Shown piece by piece: positions 49,327 through 59,179 of a DNA stretch of 64,000 nucleotides (positions within the stretch are counted from its first letter, which is position 1; the number at the start of each line of letters is the position of its first letter). Under the pieces are notes generated by a model that searched no databases, was not told the DNA's origin, and worked only from the letters and a program-made list of their open reading frames with translations. The DNA comes from Bradymonadia bacterium (lineage in GTDB: Bacteria; Myxococcota_A; Bradymonadia; UBA7976; UBA1532): NCBI GenBank assembly GCA_046290225.1, contig JBKAGE010000081.1, positions 32,001 through 96,000 on the forward strand, given 5' to 3'. Position numbers and translations under genes: made by a program.

Positions 49327-52299
49327 ATGAACGACGTCCGCTCCACTCTCAATCTCGTCTTGTGGTCGTTGCTGACCATAGTGGGGCATGTCCTAATGGA
49401 TGGCTCTGCCTGGGCCCTCGAGATAGAACCGAATGGTAAAGGCGCGACTGACAGTACAATGCAAATTCGCCTGATCTGGTTCGGACGCTCTGGAGGTGTG
49501 TCCAACCATGTGGGCCGGAACACCGTGCACGCCATCTTCGACGAGATGGTGGGCCAGGGCATCTCCGAGGTGCAGGCGGTGGTCGATGGCCCTGTGGCCT
49601 TCGCCCGCGGCCGTCGCATCGTCTTCAGCCCTGGCGGTCTGAGCATCGCCGCCTTCCAGAGGTTCCTGGCGCATCCACCTTTGACCCGTCGTGTGCTCGC
49701 CGATGACTGGCCTGTGGCCACGGGCCCTTTCGAGACCGTCTTCGAATACCCGCCCAAAGCCGAGGCGCCTCTGGTGCAGATGGTGCTCCCTGACGGCGCT
49801 CGCCCCACGCCAGGGCTGGAGCCCGCTACGGCGAGGTTGTTGGAGTTCGAGAATCGCCTTGGCGAAGTCGTCAGCGTGTTGGAGACCGGGCCATCAGGGC
49901 CAGAGAGCCTGCATCTCGATCACACAGGTTGGGAGATGCGTTTCGCCTTTGAAGGTGAAGTACGCCCTTCTGGTGGGGTGCCCCGGCGGGTCTTCGATGT
50001 AGGCAAGCCTCAGGCCGACGGGGCGCGCAGAGTGACGGCGATCAAAGCGCTCGAATCCCTCGAAGAAGATGATGGCGCGATCCCCACATTGGTACTCGCC
50101 GCCGGCGACGATCTCGAAGGCTTCAGCTTCGTCGACACAGGTGGGCGCTCGTGGCAGCGGGCCCACTCCTGGACCACATACGGCGCTCTGAAGCTCAGCG
50201 CGCTGGTGGCGGGCCAGCGAGAGGCGTTCTTCGGCCTCGAAGCCCTCGGCAAAGATGCCCTGCAAGCAGGGGTGCCCGTGCTGGCCACCAACCTTGAGGG
50301 CCCACCGCTGCCCGAAGGGGTGAGCCCCTGGCGCCTCGTCGAGCTTGAAGGTGTGAGCGTGTTGTTGTTGGGCTTCGTGGAGCCTAGCCTCGACGCTGCC
50401 ACAGTGAAGCGACTCTACGGCGCCCGCACGGTGTCACCGCCGGCAGCGGCAGCCCAACGTGCGCTGGAAGCCGCCCGAGTCGAACTCGGGCGAAGGCCCG
50501 ATCTAGTGGTGGCCCTGGGCGTGCTCAGGCCAGAGACGACCTCGACGCTGCGCAGCACCGCTGGGGTGATCGATCTGCTCCTCTCGGACTTCGAAGATCG
50601 AGGGGAGCTGCCCGAGCGCGGCGTGGCCGATTTGAGCACTCCCCGCCAGGCCATGCTCAGGGCCCGCGATCCCTTGCCGATCTCCGTGGTGCAGCCAGGC
50701 CAGCTCCGTCTGGGGGTGGCCGAGGTGAGCCTGGCGCCGACACCTGGGAACGGCGTCCGGGTGATCAGGGTGGAGAGCGAGGCGTTGCCCATCACCGGTG
50801 ACTTACGACCTGACACCGATGTGCTGCGCCGCGTGCAGCGGACACGCCAACAGGCCTACACGCTGGGCCAGAAGGCGCTCCTCCCCGATGTGTGCCCGGC
50901 CATCGCCGAGGCGAAGCTGGTGCAGACAGAGGGGGGGCCATGCCGGCTCACCGGACCACTGTGGAGCCGCCTCACCGCAGAGGTGCTCCGGGAGGCCTTC
51001 GACGTCGAAGGGGCGTTGATCCCGCGGATGCCGTACAGCTGGACTCTCCGTGGCCCGGTGAGCCGGCTTCAGGCGGTGGCCAACCTGAACGTACCCGATG
51101 AGCTGGTGATGGTGTGGTTGCCGGGGGACACGCTCCGCGGACTCATGGGTCACTCTGCCTTCGCCCAATGGCAGAGCGCGGGTCTGAGCATCGTCGGCGG
51201 GGAGCCTCGCGCACAGGGGCAGGTCATCTCTCCTGATGCCCGCGGTCGGTATGCTCTCATCACCACCGACATGGTGATCGCAGATCCGCGCCTGTCCGCG
51301 TTCTTCGAGGGTCAGCGCCAACAGCGGCGGTTCGAGCGGCGAAAGGGGCGCTACACGATCCCTGGCTGGGGCAGCGAGGGCTTGCCGCGGACGCTGAGGT
51401 CAGTGGTGCTCGATCGCCTCGAGGGGTTTGCGCGGGCAGACACTGCTGTACCAAATCTGGTGGCCCGTATGGCCCCTGAGGGCCTGCCACCGGAGGGCAC
51501 CTGGCTCGTGGATCTCGCCGACGTACGGCTGGCCTTCACCGACTATGCGGTCACTGGGGCCCAGAATCGCTACACCGAGGTGAGAGAGACTCGCGTGACC
51601 ACCCAGAGCAACGTGGCGCTGTCGACCTCGGGCACCCTCTCATTGAGCAGACTTTCGCCGACGGTGAGCTGGGTGAACCGCATGCGCTTCCAGTTCGCCC
51701 GGAACACCTTCGAGGACGGCACTGAGGAGGAGCGCGCCGACGCGCTGCAGTTCGACACCGAGCTTCAGGTGCCGCGCTGGCGTCTGCAGAGTCTTTGGGG
51801 GGCGGTGCCCTTCACCAACGTCAGCTATGCCACCGAGTTCACGCCCACGGAGGGCAACCCGCTCAAGCGCCGCGTCGAGGGGGCGAGCGGTGTCCTGTGG
51901 ACCGGAGATCAGCTCTTGCGCTCGGCGCGCCTCGCGGCCCTGGTGGCCACGGACTTCGGCGAGCGTGAGCCCTCCACCGAGCTCGGCGCGCTCCTGGCGG
52001 CCTCTTTGGAGCAGCCCCTCGCCGGGGCGCGGGGCTTCGTCGACGCCAGCCTGAGGTACTACCCGCCGGCCATCGACGGCAGGGACACCCCCTCGGAGCT
52101 GGGCACGTGGCTCAGCGTGAGGACTGGGGTGGATTTTCCCGTGAGCCTCGTCCCCGGGCTGATGTTGGAGACCTTCGTCGACGTGTTCGGCTATCGGGGG
52201 AAGGTGGCAGAGACGTCTGAGCCAGGGGCGAGCATCCTCACGGGCATCGCGATCAAGCTGGACCGGCAGTGGAAGCCTGGCTTGGAGCCGCTGTTCTGA
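49327..52299 (+). CDS. Secreted degenerate 5'-nucleotidase-like protein fused to an outer-membrane beta-barrel
   Basis: Signal peptide; LAAGDD, GQREAFFG, PVLATNL, DLVVALG, IDLLL resemble the UshA fold; C-terminal ~270 aa of alternating strands ending in Phe; start uncertain. Confidence 0.65.
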   Translation: MNDVRSTLNLVLWSLLTIVGHVLMDGSAWALEIEPNGKGATDSTMQIRLIWFGRSGGVSNHVGRNTVHAIFDEMVGQGISEVQAVVDGPVAFARGRRIVFSPGGLSIAAFQRFLAHPPLTRRVLADDWPVATGPFETVFEYPPKAEAPLVQMVLPDGARPTPGLEPATARLLEFENRLGEVVSVLETGPSGPESLHLDHTGWEMRFAFEGEVRPSGGVPRRVFDVGKPQADGARRVTAIKALESLEEDDGAIPTLVLAAGDDLEGFSFVDTGGRSWQRAHSWTTYGALKLSALVAGQREAFFGLEALGKDALQAGVPVLATNLEGPPLPEGVSPWRLVELEGVSVLLLGFVEPSLDAATVKRLYGARTVSPPAAAAQRALEAARVELGRRPDLVVALGVLRPETTSTLRSTAGVIDLLLSDFEDRGELPERGVADLSTPRQAMLRARDPLPISVVQPGQLRLGVAEVSLAPTPGNGVRVIRVESEALPITGDLRPDTDVLRRVQRTRQQAYTLGQKALLPDVCPAIAEAKLVQTEGGPCRLTGPLWSRLTAEVLREAFDVEGALIPRMPYSWTLRGPVSRLQAVANLNVPDELVMVWLPGDTLRGLMGHSAFAQWQSAGLSIVGGEPRAQGQVISPDARGRYALITTDMVIADPRLSAFFEGQRQQRRFERRKGRYTIPGWGSEGLPRTLRSVVLDRLEGFARADTAVPNLVARMAPEGLPPEGTWLVDLADVRLAFTDYAVTGAQNRYTEVRETRVTTQSNVALSTSGTLSLSRLSPTVSWVNRMRFQFARNTFEDGTEEERADALQFDTELQVPRWRLQSLWGAVPFTNVSYATEFTPTEGNPLKRRVEGASGVLWTGDQLLRSARLAALVATDFGEREPSTELGALLAASLEQPLAGARGFVDASLRYYPPAIDGRDTPSELGTWLSVRTGVDFPVSLVPGLMLETFVDVFGYRGKVAETSEPGASILTGIAIKLDRQWKPGLEPLF

Positions 52300-52338
52300 G
52301 GCTGAGGTGGGCGGACGACCCAGCTGCGCGCCGTCCGC

Positions 52339-53961
52339 TCAATGCCTGGGCAACAATGTGAGCACAAGGCGCCCGAGTGCCTTCGTGAGCTCCACCTCGA
52401 CGTCAAGTCGCTTGAGCCTGGGGCTCTCGGTACGCCCGGGGGCGAGGGTGAGCCGTAGCGCCGAGGCATCTGAACCCGCCGGTGGGCGAGCGAGTTGCTG
52501 ACGGACGAGTGTGCCCAGCAGATCGCGGTTGGTGATCCACCAGACAGAGTGGGCATCGTTGTGTCCTGAGTCGAGGCCTTCGGGGGTATCGCCCCAGGGC
52601 GATGAGTTCTGAGGCGGCAGGGCAATGGCAGAGGCGACGCCCACGGCGCCAGCGACGAGGGCGTATCCTCTGGCTTTCTCCGGTTGTGTGTCGAGCCGCA
52701 ATTGTACCTGCAACCGGCGGAGCAACCACGACTGCAGCCCGGTGAGGGTCTCGGGCAAGGCGCCCATGGCCGCCGGGGCACACCACCAGCTGCACTGTCT
52801 CAGTACGTCGATGTCCAAGGGGGTACCGGCACCCTCGAGCACGCTCGCGAGAGACAGCACGTAGGGTGCCTGCTCGGCGAGGGATGGGTGGGGGAGGGGG
52901 GCGCGGCCCAGAGCGAGTGAGGTGCGCTCGGTACGCCAGCGTGCATCCACAGTGATGCGGGCGGCGCCGCCATTGCCGTCGAAAGTGATGAAGATATCTT
53001 CTGCCCCGCTCTGAGCGAGCCATGCCTCTGCATGGCGCTGCGGGCTCGGTGGAGGTGGCGACGCACCTTCAGGCAGGGCCAGTGCACGCCGCAACCACTG
53101 ACGATCGCCGAAGGCCCGGGCGCCGAGGGCAAAGCGAGACAGATTGAGCCACAGTTGCCCCGCAGGCCGACCCGCCTTCACCGGAGCAGGGGGGCCGAGG
53201 CGCGCGCTGTCGATCATGCCGAGGGCTTCGGTGAGATCGTCCTCTGGATCAGCCCCCACGAGCACATCACACACCGTGAGGCCAGAGCCCTGGCGAATCA
53301 CCAGGAAGGTCGGATGCTCAAATGCCGTGAGACGGGCGAGGTACGTGGCGTCAGGGCCTCGAGCTGTACCTGGCTGACGCCAGGCCCCCACACGACCCCT
53401 CAAGGACAAAGCCGAGGCGGGGGAGGTGCCCAGGGTGGTCACCCATTGAGCGAGGGGATCGTCGAGGGACATGAGGGCGATGCCCCCGATGGCTGTCCCG
53501 AGGGCCTTGACGTCAGGGGCCGAGGTACGTCGCCCGACGAGGCGTAGGTGGGCCCAGGCCAGTGGACGAGGGTAGCGCTGCAGCCAGCCCGTGAGGCGCT
53601 CTGCGTCGGCGCCGGCCCCCGAGGCCACGAGGGACATGATGCGGCGTACGTCCTCACCGGCGCGGATCGCCGAGGGCGCGCCACCCCAGCTCATCGAGAG
53701 CCAGAGTGGGCGATGGGGGGAGAGACCGAGAGGAGATATCCACTGAGGCAGGGCCCCGAGCCAGGGCAGCGGGGGCTCGAAGTGGGCGCGCAGCGCATGG
53801 GGGCGCAGCACCCCGTAAATCGCGGCGCCCCTCGGGAGAGCTGAGGCGGGCTCCACCTGCCCTCGAGGGCCCGACGAGGCCGTGGGTGCGCCCGCGCATC
53901 CTCCGAGGAGCAGGCTGCAGAAAGCCCACAGCAGCGCCCACCTGCGTCGTGGTGCGCTCAA
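52339..53961 (-). CDS. Hypothetical lipoprotein
   Basis: Lipobox LLGGC after RRRW; start approximate (TTG 53961). Confidence 0.55.
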   Translation of the reverse strand: MSAPRRRWALLWAFCSLLLGGCAGAPTASSGPRGQVEPASALPRGAAIYGVLRPHALRAHFEPPLPWLGALPQWISPLGLSPHRPLWLSMSWGGAPSAIRAGEDVRRIMSLVASGAGADAERLTGWLQRYPRPLAWAHLRLVGRRTSAPDVKALGTAIGGIALMSLDDPLAQWVTTLGTSPASALSLRGRVGAWRQPGTARGPDATYLARLTAFEHPTFLVIRQGSGLTVCDVLVGADPEDDLTEALGMIDSARLGPPAPVKAGRPAGQLWLNLSRFALGARAFGDRQWLRRALALPEGASPPPPSPQRHAEAWLAQSGAEDIFITFDGNGGAARITVDARWRTERTSLALGRAPLPHPSLAEQAPYVLSLASVLEGAGTPLDIDVLRQCSWWCAPAAMGALPETLTGLQSWLLRRLQVQLRLDTQPEKARGYALVAGAVGVASAIALPPQNSSPWGDTPEGLDSGHNDAHSVWWITNRDLLGTLVRQQLARPPAGSDASALRLTLAPGRTESPRLKRLDVEVELTKALGRLVLTLLPRH

Positions 53962-54024
53962 GGGAGCGTCGACGACAGGGCCGGTGGGGGTATAAGCTGC
54001 GGTCGATGCATTGAGGAGGCCCAC

Positions 54025-54627
54025 ATGTTTCGCCATCACGCCACTCTGGAGCGTATTCGAGCAGTGCTCAAGGATGATTTCCTCTCGGCGGAGATCATCG
54101 ATTACCAGTTGATCGAGCAGGTGGCCGAGGGGGCACCGTGCGAGGTCACAATCCGGCTGCGTCACACCCACGACGAGACCGTCCAGACCATCAGCGGCCG
54201 GGGGGTGGGCATGGTGGATGCGGTGTATCATGGCCTCATCGATCACTATGCCCAGAACTACCCCTCGTTGGAGACGATCCAGATCACCCACTTCGAGGTG
54301 AAGAGCCGGATGGACACCAGCGAGAAGAAGGGCGCCGATGCCGTGGGGGTGGTGAGCCTCACAGTGACCAACAGCGACGGGCGCACCTTCGAGTTCGAAC
54401 AGTCCGGGCGGTCCATCGTGGCCTCGGCCATCGGCGTCACCGTGGAGGCCCTCGAGTTCTTCGTGAACTCCGAGCGGGCCTTCATTCGCATTTACAAGGC
54501 GCTTCGCGACGCCAAGGCCCGCAGGCGCTCAGACCTCGTCCAGGGCTTCACCGCCACCCTCGCGGAGCTGGTGAACACCACCAGCTACACCCAGATCATC
54601 GAGGACATCAAAGCCGAGATGCTGTAG
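54025..54627 (+). CDS. Stand-alone protein with LeuA allosteric (regulatory) domain similarity
   Basis: GAGGAGG RBS; G.GMVDA, GADAVGVVSL, SIV.SA.....A pattern. Confidence 0.65.
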   Translation: MFRHHATLERIRAVLKDDFLSAEIIDYQLIEQVAEGAPCEVTIRLRHTHDETVQTISGRGVGMVDAVYHGLIDHYAQNYPSLETIQITHFEVKSRMDTSEKKGADAVGVVSLTVTNSDGRTFEFEQSGRSIVASAIGVTVEALEFFVNSERAFIRIYKALRDAKARRRSDLVQGFTATLAELVNTTSYTQIIEDIKAEML

Positions 54628-54660
54628 CTCTGGCCGAGGGCCTGCTATCGTCCGCCCGAA

Positions 54661-55389
54661 ATGCCTCGCCTGCCTCTCATCTACCTGCTGTTCGCCCTGA
54701 GTTGCCTCTCGGGCACCTTCATCACTACGTCGGCCTTTGCCGGCGGTCAGGATGAAGTGAGAGCCGAGATCGACAACATCTACCGGGGTGATCGACTCCA
54801 AAAAGAGCTCGACGTCGATCTGTCCGACGGCTGGGGTGATCTCAAGCCCCCACAGACCACCACGTCGCAGCGGGAGCGCAGAGTGCCGACTCGGGAGCGC
54901 GATGACCTCGAACTCGAGGTCGGGAGCGGCCTGGGCAAGGGCCTCATGTGGATCCTCATCGGGGTCTGTGGGGTGGTGCTCGTGATCGGGACGGCCCAGC
55001 GGTTGGGCAACTACACACCTGATGTCGCGAGCACATCGGCGGTCGATGCTCAGCAGGCGCCCGTAAAGGCCGACGTGTTGAGGCGGAGAGTCGGTGGGGA
55101 GGCTGAGAGCCTCGCCCAGGCGGGTGACTATGCCGAGGCGATCCACGCGCTTCTGCTCAAGACCCTGGAGGCCCTGTCTCGCCATCGGCAGCTCAGGCCC
55201 GCCATGACGAGCCGGGAGATCGTCTCTCAGATCGAGCTGCATCCCGAGGCGCGAGACGCCCTGAGCCATCTCGTCGATGCCGTGGAGATCTCCCTCTTCG
55301 GCGGCCGTCAACCTGGTGAGTCCGCCTGGCGGGCCTGCCAGGCGAGCTTCGAGCAGTTCCTCGGGGCCTATCAGCGGCGGGTGGCGTGA
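54661..55389 (+). CDS. DUF4129 domain protein
   Basis: AE.LA..GDYAEAI, T.REI, E...FGG. Confidence 0.8.
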   Translation: MPRLPLIYLLFALSCLSGTFITTSAFAGGQDEVRAEIDNIYRGDRLQKELDVDLSDGWGDLKPPQTTTSQRERRVPTRERDDLELEVGSGLGKGLMWILIGVCGVVLVIGTAQRLGNYTPDVASTSAVDAQQAPVKADVLRRRVGGEAESLAQAGDYAEAIHALLLKTLEALSRHRQLRPAMTSREIVSQIELHPEARDALSHLVDAVEISLFGGRQPGESAWRACQASFEQFLGAYQRRVA

Positions 55390-56747
55390 TGGCGGGCGAG
55401 CAGGAGAACCTCTTCAGCAAAAGGGTGCTCGTCGGCTTGGCGATCACCACGGTGCTTTCCTTTATCGCCGCCCTCATGTTGGGCATCTTCGGCGATGAGA
55501 TCTCCACCGGGCCTGATGGCGGGCTCTCCACTGATCATGACGGGTACAGTGTCTCGGCCATTGGCCATCAGGCCTGGGTGAGGTTGCTCGAGGTCCGAGG
55601 CCACGACGTCGTGCTCAGCGGCCGCAAGTTCCCTGCGGGGCTCGCCAGCGAGAGCCTCATGGTGATCGCCGAGCCCGAGCTCGACTTGCTTGAGCGCATG
55701 AACGAAGAGGCTGAACGGTTCGATCTCGACGGCCCGTCTCTGCTCACCCGCATCCGGGCCTCCGGGGCTCAATCGGCGGTGGTGGTCCTGCCCAAGTGGC
55801 GGGCATGGTCCAGCTGGGACGAGGGCAAGGGGTGGGTCTCCGAGGCCTGGCCGGTCTCCAAGGGAGAAGTCACCAAGGCCCTCGAGGCGCTGGGCGTCGA
55901 CGGCATCCAGGCCATTCGCGTGGGCCCCCCTGGCGCTTGGGACATCAAGGGCCCGCTGCAGAGCGCCCTCAGCGCAGGGCCCACGCTCAAGTATCCACAG
56001 CTGATGTCGGCGCACCCCGACATCGAGCCGTGGATCACTGCGGGCAATGGCAGCGGTGTACTCGTGGGGTTGCTCAGAGACGACGAGATCGAGATCGTGG
56101 TGGTGGCAGATCCGGATCTGATGGCCAACCATGGCCTGTGGCGCCCTGGAAATGCAGAGGGCATCAGCGCTGTGGTGGACACTCTGCATCTCGATCGTGG
56201 CCCCGTGGTCTTCGACGAGGCGCTCCACGGCCATGACCGAGAGCCCAGCCTGTGGGCCACGTTGTTCCAGTTCCCGTTGAGCCTCGTCATGATCCAATTG
56301 TTCGTCGTGGCACTGGTGGTGCTTTGGGCAGGGCTGAGGCGGTTCGGCGCCCCAGAGCCCGTCCCGCCGGCCCTCGCCGCAGGGCGGCAGGTGCTCATCG
56401 AGCACACCGCGGAGCTGCTGCGCTTCGGTGGCCACTCTGGCTTCATCCTGGGGCGCTACTGGCGCCACACTGTGAAGACCCTGGCCCAGACCATGGGCGG
56501 CCCGCAGGGGAGAGCCGGTGCAGACGAAGGGCACGGAGAGCGCTTGATGTGGCTGGTCGAGCAGGCACAGCGTCGGCAGTTGCCCATCGATGTGCTCCAG
56601 TTCGATCGTCAGATCAGGCTGCTGGGTGAGGGCGGTGCCCCCCGCCGAGTGGTACAGATCGCCACCGAGATACATCGCCTGCGGGTGGCTCTGTTGGATC
56701 AGTCATCAGGACAACGTACTGAATTGAACACCAGGAAGCGGGGCTAG
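55386..56747 (+). CDS. DUF4350 domain membrane protein
   Basis: N-terminal TM, S....[22 protein letters not shown]. Confidence 0.75.
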   Translation: MMAGEQENLFSKRVLVGLAITTVLSFIAALMLGIFGDEISTGPDGGLSTDHDGYSVSAIGHQAWVRLLEVRGHDVVLSGRKFPAGLASESLMVIAEPELDLLERMNEEAERFDLDGPSLLTRIRASGAQSAVVVLPKWRAWSSWDEGKGWVSEAWPVSKGEVTKALEALGVDGIQAIRVGPPGAWDIKGPLQSALSAGPTLKYPQLMSAHPDIEPWITAGNGSGVLVGLLRDDEIEIVVVADPDLMANHGLWRPGNAEGISAVVDTLHLDRGPVVFDEALHGHDREPSLWATLFQFPLSLVMIQLFVVALVVLWAGLRRFGAPEPVPPALAAGRQVLIEHTAELLRFGGHSGFILGRYWRHTVKTLAQTMGGPQGRAGADEGHGERLMWLVEQAQRRQLPIDVLQFDRQIRLLGEGGAPRRVVQIATEIHRLRVALLDQSSGQRTELNTRKRG

Positions 56748-56766
56748 GGCCCCTGGACGGCATGAC

Positions 56767-57768
56767 ATGGACGACATGAGTGGTGGGGGGGCCATGAGCC
56801 TTGAGAAGCAAAACCCCCTCGACGAGATCAGGCAGGTGGCCCATGCCCTCAAGGGCCAGATTCAACAGGTCGTCATCGGCCAGGATCTCGCCATCGAGTT
56901 GCTGATGGTGGCGTTGCTCTCCGAGGGTCACGTGCTCATGGAGGGCGTACCCGGTACCGGCAAGACGCTGCTGGCGCGCACCTTCGCTTTGGGGCTCACG
57001 CTGCAGTTCAACCGGGTACAGTTCACCCCCGATTTGATGCCCGGCGACATCATTGGCACCAACCTGTTCAACTTTCAAACGAACCAGTTCGTGCTCACCC
57101 AGGGGCCCATCTTCACCGAGTTTCTACTCGCAGACGAGATCAACCGTAGCCCCCCGAAGACCCAGGCCGCTCTGCTCCAGGCTATGCAGGAGCGCTCGGT
57201 GAGCATCGATGGCAAGCAGTACGATCTGGGCGCCGGGTTCATGGTGGTGGCCACCCAGAACCCCATCGAGCAAGAGGGCACATATCCGCTGCCCGAGGCC
57301 CAGCTCGACCGGTTCTTGTTCAAGGTCGACATCGGGTTCCCGACCCTCGACGAGGAGAGGCGGATGGTACGCCTGCACGGTAGCCGCACCGCCATGCCCC
57401 GTCTGGAGTCGTTCAATCTGCGGAAGGTGGCCGACCTCCCGTGGCTGGTGAAGGCCCGTCAGCAGGTGGCTCAGTTGTCGTTGAGCGACTCGATTGCCGA
57501 CTACATCGTCGAGCTCGTGCGGGCCACTCGCGTGCACCCGAGTCTGCTCGGTGGCGCCTCTCCTCGAGCGTGCAACATGCTGGCCACCGCCGCTCGGGCA
57601 TATGCCGCCCTCAAGGGTCGCGACTTTGTGATCCCTGATGACGTGAAGGCCCTGGCAGGGCCCACCCTGGCCCACCGCATCATCCTGGCCCCTGGTGCAG
57701 AGATCGATGGCCTCACCGCCCGCGACGTCCTGGGACAGATCATCGAGCGCGTCCCCGCACCGCGCTGA
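56767..57768 (+). CDS. moxR: MoxR family AAA+ ATPase
   Basis: [63 protein letters not shown]. Confidence 0.95.
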   Translation: MDDMSGGGAMSLEKQNPLDEIRQVAHALKGQIQQVVIGQDLAIELLMVALLSEGHVLMEGVPGTGKTLLARTFALGLTLQFNRVQFTPDLMPGDIIGTNLFNFQTNQFVLTQGPIFTEFLLADEINRSPPKTQAALLQAMQERSVSIDGKQYDLGAGFMVVATQNPIEQEGTYPLPEAQLDRFLFKVDIGFPTLDEERRMVRLHGSRTAMPRLESFNLRKVADLPWLVKARQQVAQLSLSDSIADYIVELVRATRVHPSLLGGASPRACNMLATAARAYAALKGRDFVIPDDVKALAGPTLAHRIILAPGAEIDGLTARDVLGQIIERVPAPR

Positions 57769-57787
57769 AGAGGATGCTGAGAAGACG

Positions 57788-59179
57788 ATGAACACGCCCC
57801 CCGCACAACAGAGGCAGCAGAGTCTGCCCACATCCGCAGGTGAGCGGGGCTGCGTCAGCCATCGGCGGCCCACGATGCTCGCGATCCTGTTGTGTCTGCT
57901 GGGCCTCCCCATCGCGCTGATGCCTGTGCTCGTGAGCGCTGACCTCTGGACGATGTGGATGGCCTTCGTGGGGCTCTCCACGCTGGCCATCGGCCTGGAT
58001 CTGGTGCTCGCGCTGCCCCGTCGGGCCGTGGGCTTGAAGGTCGAGGCCCCCTACACGCTCTACATCGGCGCCCGTGATCCGCTGAAGCTGGCTCTCACCA
58101 TCCCCGAGAGCCGCGGGCCCATGCAGATCGACGCCCTGCTCGAGGTGGGTGAGCTGCTCAACCGCTTGCCACCAGTGGCCATCATCGTACCTGGAGGACA
58201 AGCGCCCACAGAGGTGGAGTTGATGCTGGAGCCATGGAGGCGAGGCACCACAGAGGTGCACGCCCTCTGGCTGCGGTGGAAGGGCCCCCTGGGTCTCGTG
58301 GAGCACGGGGTGCGGATCCCGCTGGAGATCAGCATGCCCATCGTGCCCGATATTCGGGCGGTGAAGGCTGCAGCGGTTCGCCTGTTCCAGAGCAGCGAGT
58401 TCCTCGCGGGGCTCAAGACACAGCGTTATGTCGGCGACGGATCAGAGTTCGAGGCGTTGCGCGAGTATCGCCCCGGCCTCGATCATCGCGCCATGGACTG
58501 GAAGGCCTCGGCCCGTCACCGCAAGCTGCTGGTGCGAGAGTTCCGAGCAGAGCGCAACCATCAGATCGTGCTGGCCTTCGACACCGGCCACCTCATGGGT
58601 GAGCCCATCGATGGCATGCCCAAGCTCGATCATGCCATCAACGCCGGGCTGCTCCTCGCCTACTACTGCCTCAAGGGTGGCGATCGGGTAGGGGTCTTCG
58701 GCTTCGACGAGCAGGTGCGCCTCTTCGCCGAGCCCGAGGGTGGGATCGGCGCCGTACATGGTCTGCAACATCGGGTGGCCTCGCTGGACTACAGCCCCAA
58801 CGAGACCAACTTCACCTTGGGCCTCACCCACTTGCTCGGTCAGCTGAAGCGGCGGTCCATGGTGGTGGTGCTCACCGACTTCGTCGACACAGTGACCGCA
58901 GAGCTGATGGTGGAGAACCTCCACAGGCTCTCCAAGCGACACCTCGTGATCTTCGTCTCCTTGCGAGATCCGTCACTCAACGAGCTGGTGGCGTCGCGCC
59001 CTGCGGGCTTGAGCTCGCTCAACCAGATCATGGTCTGTGCGGATCTGATTCAGGAGCGTGAGCAGGTCATCCGACGGTTGTCTCGCCGAGGCATCTTCTG
59101 CATCGACACGCCCCCGAGCGGCCTCACCCTGGAGCTGCTCAACCGCTACCTGGAGATCAAGCGTCGGGAGCTGCTCTGA
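57788..59179 (+). CDS. DUF58 (vWA-like) protein
   Basis: RRG, GSEFEALREY.PG.D.R..DWKASAR, DTG..M, VVLTDF. Confidence 0.9.
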   Translation: MNTPPAQQRQQSLPTSAGERGCVSHRRPTMLAILLCLLGLPIALMPVLVSADLWTMWMAFVGLSTLAIGLDLVLALPRRAVGLKVEAPYTLYIGARDPLKLALTIPESRGPMQIDALLEVGELLNRLPPVAIIVPGGQAPTEVELMLEPWRRGTTEVHALWLRWKGPLGLVEHGVRIPLEISMPIVPDIRAVKAAAVRLFQSSEFLAGLKTQRYVGDGSEFEALREYRPGLDHRAMDWKASARHRKLLVREFRAERNHQIVLAFDTGHLMGEPIDGMPKLDHAINAGLLLAYYCLKGGDRVGVFGFDEQVRLFAEPEGGIGAVHGLQHRVASLDYSPNETNFTLGLTHLLGQLKRRSMVVVLTDFVDTVTAELMVENLHRLSKRHLVIFVSLRDPSLNELVASRPAGLSSLNQIMVCADLIQEREQVIRRLSRRGIFCIDTPPSGLTLELLNRYLEIKRRELL

